This document shows positions 1 to 13,100 of a stretch of 64,000 bases of DNA, in pieces. Made by a program: the position numbers and the translations under genes. The notes under the pieces are model-generated. The model was not told the origin of the DNA. It saw nothing but the letters and a program-made list of their open reading frames with translations, and made no database searches. The stretch is from Azolla caroliniana (lineage: Eukaryota; Plantae; Polypodiophyta). How positions within the stretch are numbered: the stretch's first letter is position 1; the number at the start of each line of letters is the position of its first letter. The stretch covers positions 10,912,001 through 10,976,000 of the forward strand of contig JBHGNT010000021.1 of assembly GCA_043228905.1 (NCBI GenBank), given 5' to 3'.

Positions 1-8
1 ACTCCATC

Positions 9-2846
9 ATGCCTCTCACTGCTTCATCAGAAACCCGCGCCTGGCTTCAGGAACGAGGAATGGAAGGTTACCTGAAGATCATCGATGCCCCCGCGCACCC
101 GGACACCCAAGCAGTGGCTAGAAGTATTTCTCCCAAAGCCATCACCAACAACGTGCTTCGGGCTGCTTTGGACCTGCAACGGGGAGGCGACCATGATGTC
201 AACATACCCCCGGAAACGAAGCTGAAAGAGTACTTCGGTGAGTACTCTGCCTCAGGGAAGGCATACCGCACGTATGGTGGCCCTAGCAGAGCTTTCGGGG
301 AGATTGCTCGGATATTGATGGAGTATGCGTTCGTGCATACGAACCCGACGAGCATGCCACAGAACCAGGCCGCCATCATCATTAGCGCCTGTGAAGGGAA
401 CAGAATCGACTGGGGAATCATCACAGGCGAAGGACTCCGTGCCGCCTTAACCTCACTCCAGTCAGGTAAGAAGACGTTCTCTTCTCTTCCTTCCCCTCGG
501 GCACTCACGTCCCCACCACCACCACGAAGGAAGAAGGAGAAATTGGTTGCCCTCAGCCACGAAGCATGGGAAGAGCCAACACCGCCTTCACCTCCTGCCG
601 CCAACCAAAACCTCACATCGGCATCACCACCCACCCAACCCCAACAAAAAAGGGCAGTTCCCTATACCTGCCAAGAATGGGAGGAGACAGGCACCGAGGA
701 TAACACGACTGACGATGTCACCATTCGACAGCCAACGCTGCGTCCCTCGGTAACTCCCCCAGAGCCAAGCCCACGCCCCAACACTCAGCAGGCAGCACCA
801 CCACGGCCCCTGAAAAGGTAGCAGGCGGAGGAAACGACACCACCGGCCCCGGAAGCCCAAACGCAGCCTTACAAGAAAAGACGACTCAACTGCGAGCCCT
901 CGATTGAACAGAAAGGGCCACAACATGAGCAAGCTTTAGTTGTCAGCCAGAGCAACCTGGCCATCGTCCCTTTAGAGGCATCACTTAACCAGGGAAAGAT
1001 CGAGCATGGGCAGACAACGCAGATCTCGGAGGATGAAGTCATCGGTTATAAAGACCTCCCCGCGGAGGCATACGAGTTCAGTGCGCTGCTCCGCATCGGC
1101 ACAACATTCGAGCTGGTCGACTTCCTCGCCAGAGCACAAGTCGCGGCAGCCGCTCGAATGGCAGAAGAGCATGCTGAAACAAAAATGATTCAACGCGCGC
1201 TATTAGGTGAAATTGAGCCCAAGGACGATAGGGATCTACAAAAAATAGGGAGGAAGAAGCAGGCAAAACACGTCGCTCTCCTCATGGAGGTCCCCGAGCT
1301 GAAGACGGCCCTAATCGAGGCATATAGGGACCTGGATCACACTATGCAGGTAGCCAAAGACATGGCCCGAAAGATCAAAACAGCCCAACAACAGGGCAAG
1401 GTGGCTACGGAGTTATGGCACGTTGCGGAACGGAAACTGGCAGCCTGGGAGCAAAACCAGCCAGAACAGCAACTCTTGCACCTTCCGGCCCCGACAACCA
1501 AGGCACTCCCAGCCCCCTCCCCGAAACATAGCAACCAAGCCCCTCCAAGCATAATGATGATAGATGGAAGCACCGTCATGGATTCAATCCTGACAATCCA
1601 GGCCAGCACACTAACGGACTCGTTACAAATGGTCGATGCCTTCACAACAACCGAGTCGGTCACGCCCATGGAGAAGACAGAGACACCACCCCGTCCAACC
1701 AAGGAGGTGGCAACCCAAACAGAACCCCCGCTCCAGGATTACCGAGCGGAGCTTAAAGAAGAACAACGACGGACCGAGCAACACGAACAACGGCATCAAG
1801 ACGCTATGGCTCGCTTAAAAGAAGAAGCCTCGAAACGGATGGCTGAGCTTAAAGCCCAGGCCGAGCAAAGGTTACAAGAGCAAGCTGCAGTCAAAGAAGC
1901 AGAACTCAAATGCAAGTTGGAGGAATACGTGGCCACCATGGCAGAGAAAGAGAAGGAGGTCCTAGACCTACAGGCCGCACTCGACTATGCGAAAGAATGG
2001 AACCGCCGGGAGGAGGAAAGAAATTGCCAACGGGAGGAGAAAATGGTCGCAGAGAATACCGAGCTGTAGAGTTAGCGTCTATCCTTTAAAGAAATGGCTG
2101 ACGAGTTTTTCATAAAATGCAAGCTGCTTTCAAAGCAAAAAGACGAACTATCAGACTCCTACCTCGCCCTACAAGAAGTGAGAATCGTCGAACGGGAACA
2201 AGTCCGGGCCGAGTGTAAAAAAGAATGGGAGGGAGCTACCGAAGAACTCACCAAGCATTATGAGCAGTCTATCCAGCTCAAGCGTTTTATGAACTCCTCG
2301 CAGCGAAGCTTCAGGCCGAGGTCAACGGATTAAAAGAAGAGTTGGCAGCCGTCCGGGCACAGCCCGGCATGGATGAGACACGCATCAGGATATTGATCGA
2401 GAAACAACTCCAGGACCTCACCAAAAAGGTGGAGGAAACATTAAGTCGCGCAGGAGAAGAATCGGCAGCCCAAGCTGCCGAATTGCATATTTTACGCACT
2501 GACGCAACGGAAGGAGGGCCGCGGTTTTTATAAAATGGATGAAGCCAGCATCCAAAATCTCTGTGCAGATTTAACCGAGGATTATCATTCCTTGGCGAAA
2601 TCTCACACCGCGGCAATCGAGCAAATGCTAGAGGACTTCAATGACGATCAAATGTTGTTTCGCCTGGAAGCGGAAGCCCTCGAACGTGAACGACTCGCAG
2701 CCATCCCAACCAGCCCTCCAACGGCCACAGAACAGAAGGAAGAACCTCACGAGGTTCACGGACGCGACACAGGAGGAACTCGCTCCGGCCAACAGACCTC
2801 CCGAGGACGCCCACACGGTACCAGATCCGGTCGAAGGAGAGGTCAG
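9..2846 (+). pseudogene. Degenerate long accessory ORF of an LTR retroelement (globular N-terminal region, Pro-rich linker, long coiled-coil); interrupted by copia-1 and resuming at 8302
   Basis: ORF pieces 9-821, 1158-2069, 2094-2333, 2342-2533 and 2535-2846 are separated by stops or frameshifts. Removing copia-1 and one TSD restores ...VEGEV-RPLEPTPPP... A homologous peptide lies at about 58370-58600 (minus strand). Confidence 0.7.
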
Positions 2847-2930
2847 TGTTGGAAGCGAGGTCGTCAATGCGGAAGATCTTGAAGCATTCAGTTCTGTTCT
2901 TCTCCTGCGTATGACAGAATGTAGGTCGTT

Positions 2931-2961
<31 letters not shown>

Positions 2962-3131
2962 CAAAAGAACTTTCTATTTCTCAAAGCAATAATACAACAG
3001 CCAACCTTACAAAAAGGTTACAAGGTCAATATATATAGTGACCGACTTAGGGCAACTACCCTTTATGCTAATTACATAAATGGCCAAGACGAGATAGTGT
3101 GAATACGTCCATTATACACATGTATTCGACA
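2847..3131 (-). repeat. 3' LTR of copia-1
   Basis: Direct repeat of 8012-8296; adjacent ctcccccgt at 3132-3140 is the PPT on the minus strand. Confidence 0.97.
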
Positions 3132-3324
3132 CTCCCCCGTAATGGGCGTATACATGGGTTATCTGAGATTACAGGTATAGACTTAGGTTCTCGGACATAT
3201 CAGCTTTGTTCGAGTCGGCAGGGCCCGAAGGCAGAAGACCGAACTGGTCGGGTCGGAACAGTTGAAGCCGATCATTAAGGAACTGATGTCGGTTGTCGGG
3301 AACCATCCTGCTCTGTGTCCGGCT

Positions 3325-6300
3325 CTAACCGGACTGGTTTGCCGTTACGCCCATCTGATGCCGAAGAGACCGAAAACGGTCTGCCGAAAGACACTTGGTC
3401 ATTCCATCTGCGACATTGTCGGTTGTGGATATTTTCTCTAGACCGATTTTCCCTGAAATGACGCAGTCCCGAACGAAGTGATATCGAACGTCGATATGTT
3501 TGGAGGCGTTGTGGTGAACCGGATTTTTTGACAAGGCAACAGCACCTTGACTGTCGCTGTAGACAACTGGAGCCGAGTCATGGTCGACTTGTCAAAACGT
3601 GTGTGCCAGCCGACCGAGCCACAAAGCTTCTTTTGCTGCGTCGGACGCAGCTACATATTCTGCTTCGGTCGTTGAGGTCGCTGTGCACTCCTGAAGTTTC
3701 GACTTCCACGAGATTGCTCCATTGCCGAATTTGAAGCAGTATCCGGTTGTTGATTTCCGACTGTCTATACAGCCGGCGAAGTCCGAGTCGGTGTAACCGA
3801 CTACGCCTGAGGTTCGGTTCGGTTCGAAAAGAATGCCATGGTCTTTTGTGCCAGCCAGATATCTGAACACATGCTTGACTGCGTTCCAATGCGATCGGCC
3901 AGGATTGTGCATAAATCTGCTAACGACTCCTACGGCATGAGAGATATCAGGCCGTGTCGCGACCATCAGGTACATAAGGGAGCCGACTGCCGGTGCATAC
4001 GGTACCGACTTCATATCTTCCCCCTCCGGACCGGATGTCGGGCAGTCTCGCTGAGAGAGCCGAAGATTCATAGGGAGCGGGGTTGAAGCAGATTTGGCTG
4101 ATTGCATGTTGAAGCGTTCCAAGACACGTCCGATATAGTCGGTCTGAGACAAAAAAAGGTGTCGTTTGTCGCGATGCCGACTGATCTTCATGCCGAGTAT
4201 GTGTCGTGCCGGACCGAGATCCTTCATGGCAAACTTCAACCGCAGTTGCCGAATGAGATCGGCAAGTTCGCCCGCGTGGCGTCCAGAAATTAGCATGTCG
4301 TCCACGTAAATGATGAGGAAGATGGGTGATCCATCTTGAGCTGTGTTGGTGAAGAGACAATGGTCCTCATCGCTTTTTGAGAAGCCGATCGATGTGATGA
4401 AGTCGTCGAACTTCTTGTACCATTGTCGCGGTGCCTGTTTGAGGCCGTATAGACTCTTCCTGAGTCGGCAGACTAGATGTTCTTGGCCAGTCGCCACGAA
4501 GCCTTTTGGCTGCTCCATATAAATTTCCTCGTCTAGATCACCATGGAGGAATGCTGTTTTGACATCTAGCTGAATCAGCTCCAAGTTGTCGGCTGCCACT
4601 ACGCCGAGTAGGAAACGAAGGGTTGTCATTTTCACCACTGGTGAAAAAATCTCGTCGAAGTCGACGCCGTATTCTTGTCGGAAGCCCTTCGCAACTAGTC
4701 TGGCCTTGTACTTTGGGGTGGTCGAATCAGACGTCTCTTTTAGTCGATAAACCCACTTGCAAGGAAGAGCACGTCGGTTCCTAGGTAATTCGACCAGATC
4801 CCAAGTCTTGTTTGCCCGAATGGAGTGCATTTCCGACTCCATCGCCAGATGCCAGGTGGCTGAATCGACGGATGTCGATGCTTCTTCGTAAGACGTCGGT
4901 TCGCCGGCGTCGGTGAAGAAAATTCCAGGAGAATACCTCTCCGGAGGTTGCGACAGTCTCTCGGATCGTCGAGGCATGATTGGACTGGTCGCATCGGGTA
5001 TCGTGGTCGGATGGTCCGAAAGCGGATTGTTCTGCTGGGCCGAGTCGGAGTTGTCCGAGTCGGTAGTGTAAGGTTCAGCTACCCGTGAAGCTGACCGTGT
5101 GTTGAGAGCGGGGCCTTCTTGAAGGGTCGGCACATCGGAAAAGGTTACCCTTCGGACTTCGATCGGTTTTTCGACTGATGGATTCATGGCCGACTCGTTG
5201 AACACAACGTCCGAACTTCGAACGATTTGTCTGCGTTCGGGGTCCCAGAGTCGGTATCCCATTTCGCCGTTGGATCCATATCCAAGGAAAATGCATTTCC
5301 TGGACCGAGGTGCAAGTTTTCGGCGATCATCTTTCGGAATAAGGGTGTACGCCTCGCATCCGAAGATCCTCAGCTTGTCGTAATTCGGCTTACTGCCGAT
5401 CCATAGTTCCTGAGGAATTTGAAGTCCTAGAGGTCTACTTGGCGACATATTGATTATGTGTACTGCCGTGAGTAGAGCCTCTGCCCAGAAGCCATCCGAC
5501 AGTCCGGAGTGTTGGAGCATGGAAACTGTCCGTTCTTGGATTGTCCGATTCATGCGTTCGGCAATCCCGTTTTGCTCCGGACTGTGTGGTGCCGTAAATT
5601 CTCGTCGGATGCCGCGTTGTCGGCAGAATTTGACGAATTCTTCAGATTTAAACTCTCCCCCATTGTCTGTCCGAAGGCATTTCAGCTTTCGGTCGGTTTG
5701 ATTTTCTACCATAGCGAGCCAATCGGTGAAGATCGAGAAGACCCGATCTTTGGTGCGAATTGGATAAGCCCACACCTTTCGAGTCGAATCGTCAATAAAA
5801 GTGACGAAGTAAGAGGCACCACCGAGAGACTGATGCGGCATTGGGCCACAGACGTCCGAGTGGACCAAATCGAGAGGTCTCGATTCTCTTGGTGCTGATG
5901 TCGGGTGTGATGTGGCTGCTTGTTTGCCATACTGGCAATGCTCGCAGAATTGATGGTCGGAGAAGGAGAGTTTGGGGATGTATCCGGCTCTAGATAGGTG
6001 CGTGATGCCGGCCTTGCTGAGGTGTCCTAGTCTTCGGTGCCATAGTGATGACACAGGAATATCCACCAAAAACAGGTTACCCTCTCTGAGCGTAACATGT
6101 AACGGATACAGGGAGTGTATCTTGGGTCCTCTAGCAAGCAGGAGGTTCCCCCTGTGGAGTGTCCACCCTCCCGAAGAAAAACCGGCACGAATGCCGTCTT
6201 CATCTAGTTGTCTGACTGAGATCAATGGCCGTGAGAGCTCGGGTACATGTCGGACATTGTGGAGTACAAGTGTAGAGCCACCTGCAAGGTTGAGCTCTAC

Positions 6301-7341
6301 TGTGCCGATTCCGATGATGTCACAGTGTTGCGAGTTACCGACCCGAACTGAGTCGGAGTGACGGATCGTGTATTGCCGAAATTGGGATCGATGAGGAGTC
6401 ACGTGAAACGACGCGCCCGAATCCAAGAGCCATGTGCTCGATTCTTCAGTCGTGAGCAGAACTTCTGAGCCAACTGGATTTTCGATTGATAGTATGTTCG
6501 GGTCGTCTGGTAGCACATCAGCTGAGAAGCTGACGTAATTGATCTCCTCATGCCGGCCACTCTTCTTGTTGTTCTTGTTCTTGAGTGCGCGGCAGTCGGC
6601 TTTGATGTGTCCGGGTTTCTTGCAGTAGTTGCAGATTCGGTTATCCCGTGACTGGCTCCGTCTTCGCTGATTGTTCGGCGGCCGTGAGGAATCTCTTCCT
6701 CGTATGTTCGATCGGTCTGTCGAACCTTGTACTACGTAAGCGTCGTCTGTTGAGTCTTTGGCGAAAGACTTTCTCCGAGCTGCTTCGGTCAGGATTGCGC
6801 TCGTGACTTCGGAGTATTTAACAGCCGTGGTTGACGCGTTGCACACGGTTGTGACGAAAGTTTCCCATGATGAGGGAAGGCTGCTCATGAGTATCATTGC
6901 TCTGAGTTCATCCTCGATTGCCGTCCCCTGTGACGAGATTTGGGAGCTTATGCTTTCGTACTCATTGAGGTGTGCTTGAACCGAGTCGGATTCTTTCATC
7001 CGCAAGTTGTAGAGGCGCCGGATCAGAAACATCTTTGTTGCGGCGACCTTCTTTTCGTAAGTGTCCGACAGTGTTTTCCACAGTTCAAATGCTGTCGTAC
7101 ACGATTGCACCGTAAAGTATACCGATTCCGATAGGTGCATCCGAATCGTGGCGCGGACGATTCTGTCCAGCTTCTGCCACTCAATTGGTTTGTATCCTTC
7201 TGGAGGTTCTTCATTTTCGATGGGATCGATTTGCCCCTTGACTATGAGATAGTCTTGCATTTGTTCCTTCCAGAAGTTGAAGTTCGATCCATCGAACTTT
7301 CGTAGACTCATTTCTGACGAGCCGGATGTTGATGCCATCAA
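3325..7341 (-). pseudogene. copia-1 Gag-Pol polyprotein with a single in-frame TGA in RNase H (3592-3594)
   Basis: The 1249-aa ORF has a CCHC knuckle (CNYCKKPGHIKADC), protease LDSGAS, integrase WHRRLGH/HSDVCG/RTDNGGEF, RT YVDDML and RH DSDFAG. The same frame continues after the TGA as QVDHDSAPVVYSDSQGAVALSKNPVHH...KHIDVRYHFVRD to 3325. Confidence 0.95.
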
Positions 7342-7996
7342 ATTCGGTTTTGGTTAACGAAGCTCGGTTCGGAGTTGACTACGGACCTTGTTGGAGTGCA
7401 GCCGGTTGGCTCACCCGATATTGTTCTAGTCGGGTTTGAACCCGAGTCGGTTCGGCTTCGGAACTTGCTCGAATTGACTTCGGTAGCTTGAGGGACAGAG
7501 CCGACTGGTCTTCCCGAATGTTGCCGAGTCGGAGTGAGCCCGGTTCGCTTCGGATATATATGCCGAATACCGATTATTAAAACCGATTATCTGGACCGAT
7601 TCTGCTTCGGGTGACTGCAGCAACGAGAGAGATGGATCTAACTGATCCTCTCGAATGTCGATCAGCCTGATGAAGCACGAATTTGGGGTTGTTGTCTTGA
7701 GACCGATCTGCACCGAGTGGTTACAGCGAGCGGCGTTTGATGACCTCTTCGGATGCCGTTTAACCGAATGGAGCACGAATCGTGTCAATGTTGCACGAGG
7801 GGATTTCACCTCGAGCGGTTACAATCACAAGGAACGGAGTACAGCCTGCTGGCTTACTCCAAACAAAGATGATCTAACGCGATGAGATGCAAACCTGGTT
7901 TTTTTTTTTCTTCTTCCTCTCTCTTCTTCGAATGACGCAGGAAACCGAATGCTGAGACGACGGCCGACAGCGGATTGAGGGACCGACTACTGTGCA

Positions 7997-8009
7997 GGCT
8001 CTGATACCA
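7997..8009 (-). promoter_or_regulatory. Primer-binding site (tRNA-iMet) of copia-1
   Basis: Minus strand TGGTATCAGAGCC, 2 nt from the 5' LTR. Confidence 0.95.
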
Positions 8010-8011
8010 GA

Positions 8012-8095
8012 TGTTGGAAGCGAGGTCGTCAATGCGGAAGATCTTGAAGCATTCAGTTCTGTTCTTCTCCTGCGTATGACAGAATGTAGGTCGTT

Positions 8096-8126
<31 letters not shown>

Positions 8127-8296
8127 CAAAAGAACTTTCTATTTCTCAAAGCAATAATACAACAGCCAACCTTACAAAAAGGTTACAAGGTCAATATATA
8201 TAGTGACCGACTTAGGGCAACTACCCTTTATGCTAATTACATAAATGGCCAAGACGAGATAGTGTGAATACGTCCATTATACACATGTATTCGACA
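8012..8296 (-). repeat. 5' LTR of copia-1
   Basis: 285-bp direct repeat of 2847-3131, followed by TSD GTCAG. Confidence 0.97.
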
Positions 8297-8301
8297 GTCA
8301 G

Positions 8302-8470
8302 ACCGCTCGAACCCACACCACCACCAAAATCAGCCGCACCGGAGGAGGACTCCCGAGAAGAGATAACACCCCCGACCCCAACTCAACCCCCCGCACCGAC
8401 GCTACAACCAGACCACCCTACCACCACCCCGCACCCCGAAAACATCCTCGACATCTTAGAAGCGGAATAG
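8302..8470 (+). pseudogene. C-terminal Pro-rich end of the accessory ORF split by copia-1
   Basis: In frame with the upstream piece across the TSD (GAG GTC AGA CCG); ends ILDILEAE-stop. Confidence 0.7.
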
Positions 8471-8618
8471 AACGAGGATCATGCCTAAAGGGAAACTTTT
8501 GTACCTTGTGATTATTTTGTAAATCGTAGGTCGGACGGACAAGGTCCTGTCCCACGGGCGTGCTAGGTGTTGTCCAGAGGACAGAAATGTAAATTAGGAA
8601 ATTAGCGAACGGCGGTAG

Positions 8619-9050
8619 TGTAACCGAGTAGGTAAGAATGCCAATGAACACCGAGTCCGAGTATCACGAGCTCAGCTGTGTATGAGGGAAACGTTATTTA
8701 AACGAGGTCCAGTACCTCAGAGAGAGGGCAGAAAATATAGGTGGAAGCACTAGCATAGTCCATTGTAACTAGATAATCTAGTAAGGTCACCGGCCATAGG
8801 CCGTGTTCTGTAATCCTTTTGGTGTTGCAGTAATATATCTTATTTGTGCCCATCTTGCTCCATGTGTCTGTGCTTTGGCTCGTACTTATGATTTCAGCGC
8901 CGTCCACGCCTATCAAGATCTCGTTAGTGTTTTATCTCTGATTATTTTCTTCCTCACGACGCCTCTGTTTATGAGCCTTCACGTACCACACCCTTGGATA
9001 CTGATAGCCACAGGTCTATCGAAGGTTTTCACCGAAAGGAACGGGTAACA
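8619..9050 (+). repeat. Probable 3' LTR of the accessory-ORF element
   Basis: TGTAACC...GGTAACA terminal inverted repeat after a purine-rich stretch. The LTR-like sequence behind the homologous ORF (57431) also ends GGTAACA. The partner LTR is outside the window. Confidence 0.55.
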
Positions 9051-9198
9051 TGAAGTTCTTGTAAAGAATTTCGAAGAGCTTCATTTTCAAGTTGTAGTTG
9101 TCGTAAGGCTACCATTATTTGGCCTAACTCACTAGTTGAGTCGGACATAGCTATGGCTTATGAGAGGGAAAGCTATGAGGATGGGAAAGTGAACAAAC

Positions 9199-10095
9199 TG
9201 TCATGGATCATAAGCTCAAGAGACAAGCAAGAAGATAACCAAATGGACAAGAAAGAAGATAGTATTAAAGGAAAGACTCCATAATTGGTGTTGTTCACCT
9301 TGAAATCCTTCAAGGTGAACTCCTCTATTTATACTACATGGCATGCATACTTGTTGCACGCATGTGAATCTACAATAGAGCATGTAGGTATGCATGCATG
9401 TGCCTAGTGTAAATACTACAAGGGAGCAACTATGCACATCATGCTAGAAAAATAATAAGGACCAATTACATACATAACTATGTAGAGCATGGAGCATAAG
9501 CTCAAGAGACAAGCAAGAAGATAACCAAATGGACAAGAAAGAAGATAGTATTAAAGGAAAGACTCCATAATTGGTGTTGTTCACCTTGAAATCCTTCAAG
9601 GTGAACTCCTCTATTTATACTACATGGCATGCATACTTGTTGCACGCATGTGAATCTACAATAGAGCATGTAGGTATGCATGCATGTGCCTAGTGTAAAT
9701 ACTACAAGGGAGCAACTATGCACATCATGCTAGAAAAATAATAAGGACCAATTACATACATAACTATGTAGAGCATGGAGCATAAGCTCAAGAGACAAGC
9801 AAGAAGATAACCAAATGGACAAGAAAGAAGATAGTATTAAAGGAAAGACTCCATAACTGGTGTTGTTCACCTTGAAATCCTTCAAGGTGAACTCCTCTAT
9901 TTATACTACATGGCATGCATACTTGTTGCACGCATGTGAATCTACAATAGAGCATGTAGGTATGCATGCATGTGCCTAGTGTAAATACTACAAGGGAGCA
10001 ACTATGCACATCATGCTAGAAAAATAATAAGGACCAATTACATACATAACTATGTACTAGATATCCTAGTTAACTCATAATACTAGATTATAACA
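9199..10095 (-). repeat. Solo-LTR-like sequence with an internal 286-bp tandem triplication (9202-10056)
   Basis: TGTCAT...ATAACA ends; units start at 9202, 9488 and 9774 and are nearly identical; each has TATAAATAG on the minus strand; no matching TSD found. Confidence 0.75.
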
Positions 10096-10123
10096 TGGTC
10101 GTGTCAAGAGTTCGAATCTTGAT

Positions 10124-13100
10124 AGTTTTAAGCATAAGACAAGTGGGAGAGACAAATCATTAGTGTATTGCAAAAGAAAATCGATTCTTTATAATTTCAG
10201 AATCGTGTTACAATGGGTTGGGTATGGCAATGCGAGATTAATTTTTCAAAGAAAGGAGCCAACAACCATGCAAGGAGTGGTCCGATATGAATACGAGAGA
10301 TAATTTTTTGACAAGAAAGATCCAGTAAACAAAGCTAGGAGTTTGATATCAATATGTGAGATAACTTGTTTCTCAAATCAGAGAGGGAAGAAGAAGGAAG
10401 GAAACAAAAAAATAACTAGAGGAAAAAAAATGGGACATATATCGAGCTCCTTGTCGATCCCCCGTTCCCAAAGTTACTTTGCATGTCCACTTTTAGTTGC
10501 ATTGCCTCTACTTTTAGTTGCATGGTTCCATTTTTAGTTGCATGCCTTTACTTTTAGTTGCATGCTTCCATTTTTAGTTGCATGCCTTTCACTTTTAGCT
10601 GCATGGCCTTGCTTTTAGTTGCATGCGATCGTTCCTATAATTCGGCCAAATGACACAATCATCCATAAAGTTTAGAGCGTGCGCACGTCCAACCCGCACC
10701 CTGTACGCATCCGCATCCCGACCGTGTCGTGTACGCATTCGCGTGCTCGTCCACATACACGCGTCCGTCTAAAACGTCCACGCAACCGTGCACACGTAAG
10801 CCCTAAACTTGCACACACACATACGTCCGAAAATGTCGACACAACCATACATACACGCGTACGTCCAAAGCGTCAACATGGCCGTGCATACACAAGCACA
10901 CCCGAAGCGTCAACACAGCCGTGCATACTCGCGTACACCCGAAGCGTCAACACGGCCGTGCATACTCGCGTACACCCGAAGCGTCAGCACGACCGCCCGA
11001 AGCATCAACACAGCCGTGCATACTCGCATACACCCAAAGCGTCAACACGGCCGTGCATACTCGCGTACACCCGAAGCGTCAACACGGCCGTCAATACTCG
11101 CGTACACCCGAAGCGTCAACACAGTCGTGCATACACGCGTACGCTCGAAGCATGCACACCACACACTGCAAGCACGCCCGAAGCGTCAACATAGCCGTGC
11201 ATACTCGTGTACACCCAAAGCGTCAACAGGGTCGTGCATACTCGCGTACACCCAAAGCGTCAACAGGGTCGTGCATACTCGCGTACACCCGAAGCATCAA
11301 CACGGTCGTGCATACGCAAGCATGCCCGAAGCGTACGTCCAAAGCGTCAACATGGTCGTGCATACGCAAGCACGCCCGAAGCGTCAACACAGCCGTGCAT
11401 ACTCGCGTACACCCGAAGCGTCAACACGGCCATGCATACTCGCGTACACTCGAAGCGTCAACACGACCACCCGAAGCATCAACACAGTCGTGCATACTCG
11501 CGTACACCCGAAACGTCAACACGGCCGTGCATACTCGTGTACACCCGAAGCGTCAGCACGGTCGTGCATACACGCGTACGCTCGAAGCATGCACACCACA
11601 CAGTGCAAGCACACCCGAAGCGTCAACACAGCTGTGCATACTCACGTACACCCAAAGCGTCAACACGGTCGTGCATACTCGCGTACAACCGAAGCGTCAA
11701 CACGGTCGTGCATACGCAAGCACTCCTGAAGCGTACGTCCAAAGCGTCAACATGGCCGTGCATACGCAAGCACGCCCGAGCGTCAACACAGCCGTGCATA
11801 CTCGCGTACACCTGAAGCGTCAACACGGCCGTGCATACTCGCGTACACCCGAAGCGTCAAAACGGTCATGCATATACGCGTACACTCGAAGCATGCACAC
11901 CACACAGTGCAAGCACGCCCGAAGAGTCAACACAGCCGTGCATACTCGCGTACACCCAAAGCATCAACAGGGTCGTGCATACTCGCGTACACCCGAAGCG
12001 TCAATACGGTTGTACAGACGCAAGCACGCCCGAAGCGTACGTCCAAAGCGTCAACATGGTCGTGCATACGCAAGCACGCCCGAAGCGTCAACACAGCCGT
12101 GCATACTCGCGTACACCCGAAGCGTCAACACGGCCGTGCATACTCGCGTACACTCGAAGCGTCAGCACGACCGCCCGAAGCGTCAACACAGCCGTGCATA
12201 CTCGCATACACCTGAAGCGTCAACACGGCCGTGCATACTCGGGTACACTCGAAGCGTCAACACGGCCGTGCATACTCGCGTACACCCGAAGCGTCAACAC
12301 AGTCGTGCATACACGCGTACGCTCGAAGCATGCACACCACACAGTGCAAGCACGCCCGAAGCGTCAACATAGCCGTGCATACTCACGTACACCCAAAGCG
12401 TCAACAGGGGCGTGCATACTCGCGTACACCCAAAGCGTCAACCTGGTCGTGCCTACGCAAGCACGCCCAAAGCGTCAACACAGCCATGCATACTCGCGTA
12501 CACCTGAAGCGTCAACACGGTCGTGTATACTCGCGTACACCCGAAGCGTCAACACAGCCGTGCATACTCGCGTACACCCGAAGCGTCAACACGGTCGTGC
12601 ATACACGCGTACGCTCGAAGCATGCACACGACACAGTGCAAGCACGCTCGAAGCGTCAACACAGTCGTGCATACTCGCGTACACCCAAAGCGTCAAGACG
12701 GTCGTGCATACTCGCGTACACCCGAAGCGTCAACACGGTCGTGCATACGCAAGCACGCCCAAAGCGTACGTCTAAAGCGTCAACATGGCCGTGCATACGC
12801 AAGCACGCCCAAAGCGTACATCTAAAGCGTCAACAGGGCCGTGCATACGCAAGCACGCCCGAAGCGTCAACACGGCCGTGCATACTCGCGTACACCCGGA
12901 GCGTCAACACGGCCGTGCATACTCGCGTACACCCGAAGCGTCAACACGGCCGTGCATACTCGCGTACACCCGAAGCGTCAGCACAACCGCCCGAAGTGTT
13001 GACCGCCCGAAGCATCAACACAGTCGTGCATACTCTTGTACACCCGAAGCGTCAACACGGCCGTGCATACACGCGTACGCTCGAAGCATGCACACCACAC

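Larger units (their letters stand above)
2847..8296 (-). mobile_element. Full-length Ty1/copia LTR retrotransposon (copia-1, Tnt1/Tork-like), very young
   Basis: Two 285-bp LTRs (TGTTG...CGACA) that look identical by eye; TSD GTCAG at 2842-2846 and 8297-8301; tRNA-iMet PBS; PPT; gag-PR-IN-RT-RH order. Confidence 0.98.

Noticed and set aside
3592-3594. TGA-C in copia-1 RNase H as a readthrough site
   Set aside because: It lies in the middle of a catalytic domain; CpG deamination is more parsimonious.
3528-7252. Short antisense and alternate-frame ORFs overlapping pol genes here and in the other elements
   Set aside because: Shadow ORFs of GC-rich coding sequence with no recognisable motifs.
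9216-10009. Three identical 73-aa ORFs
   Set aside because: By-products of the 286-bp triplication in LTR-like DNA.
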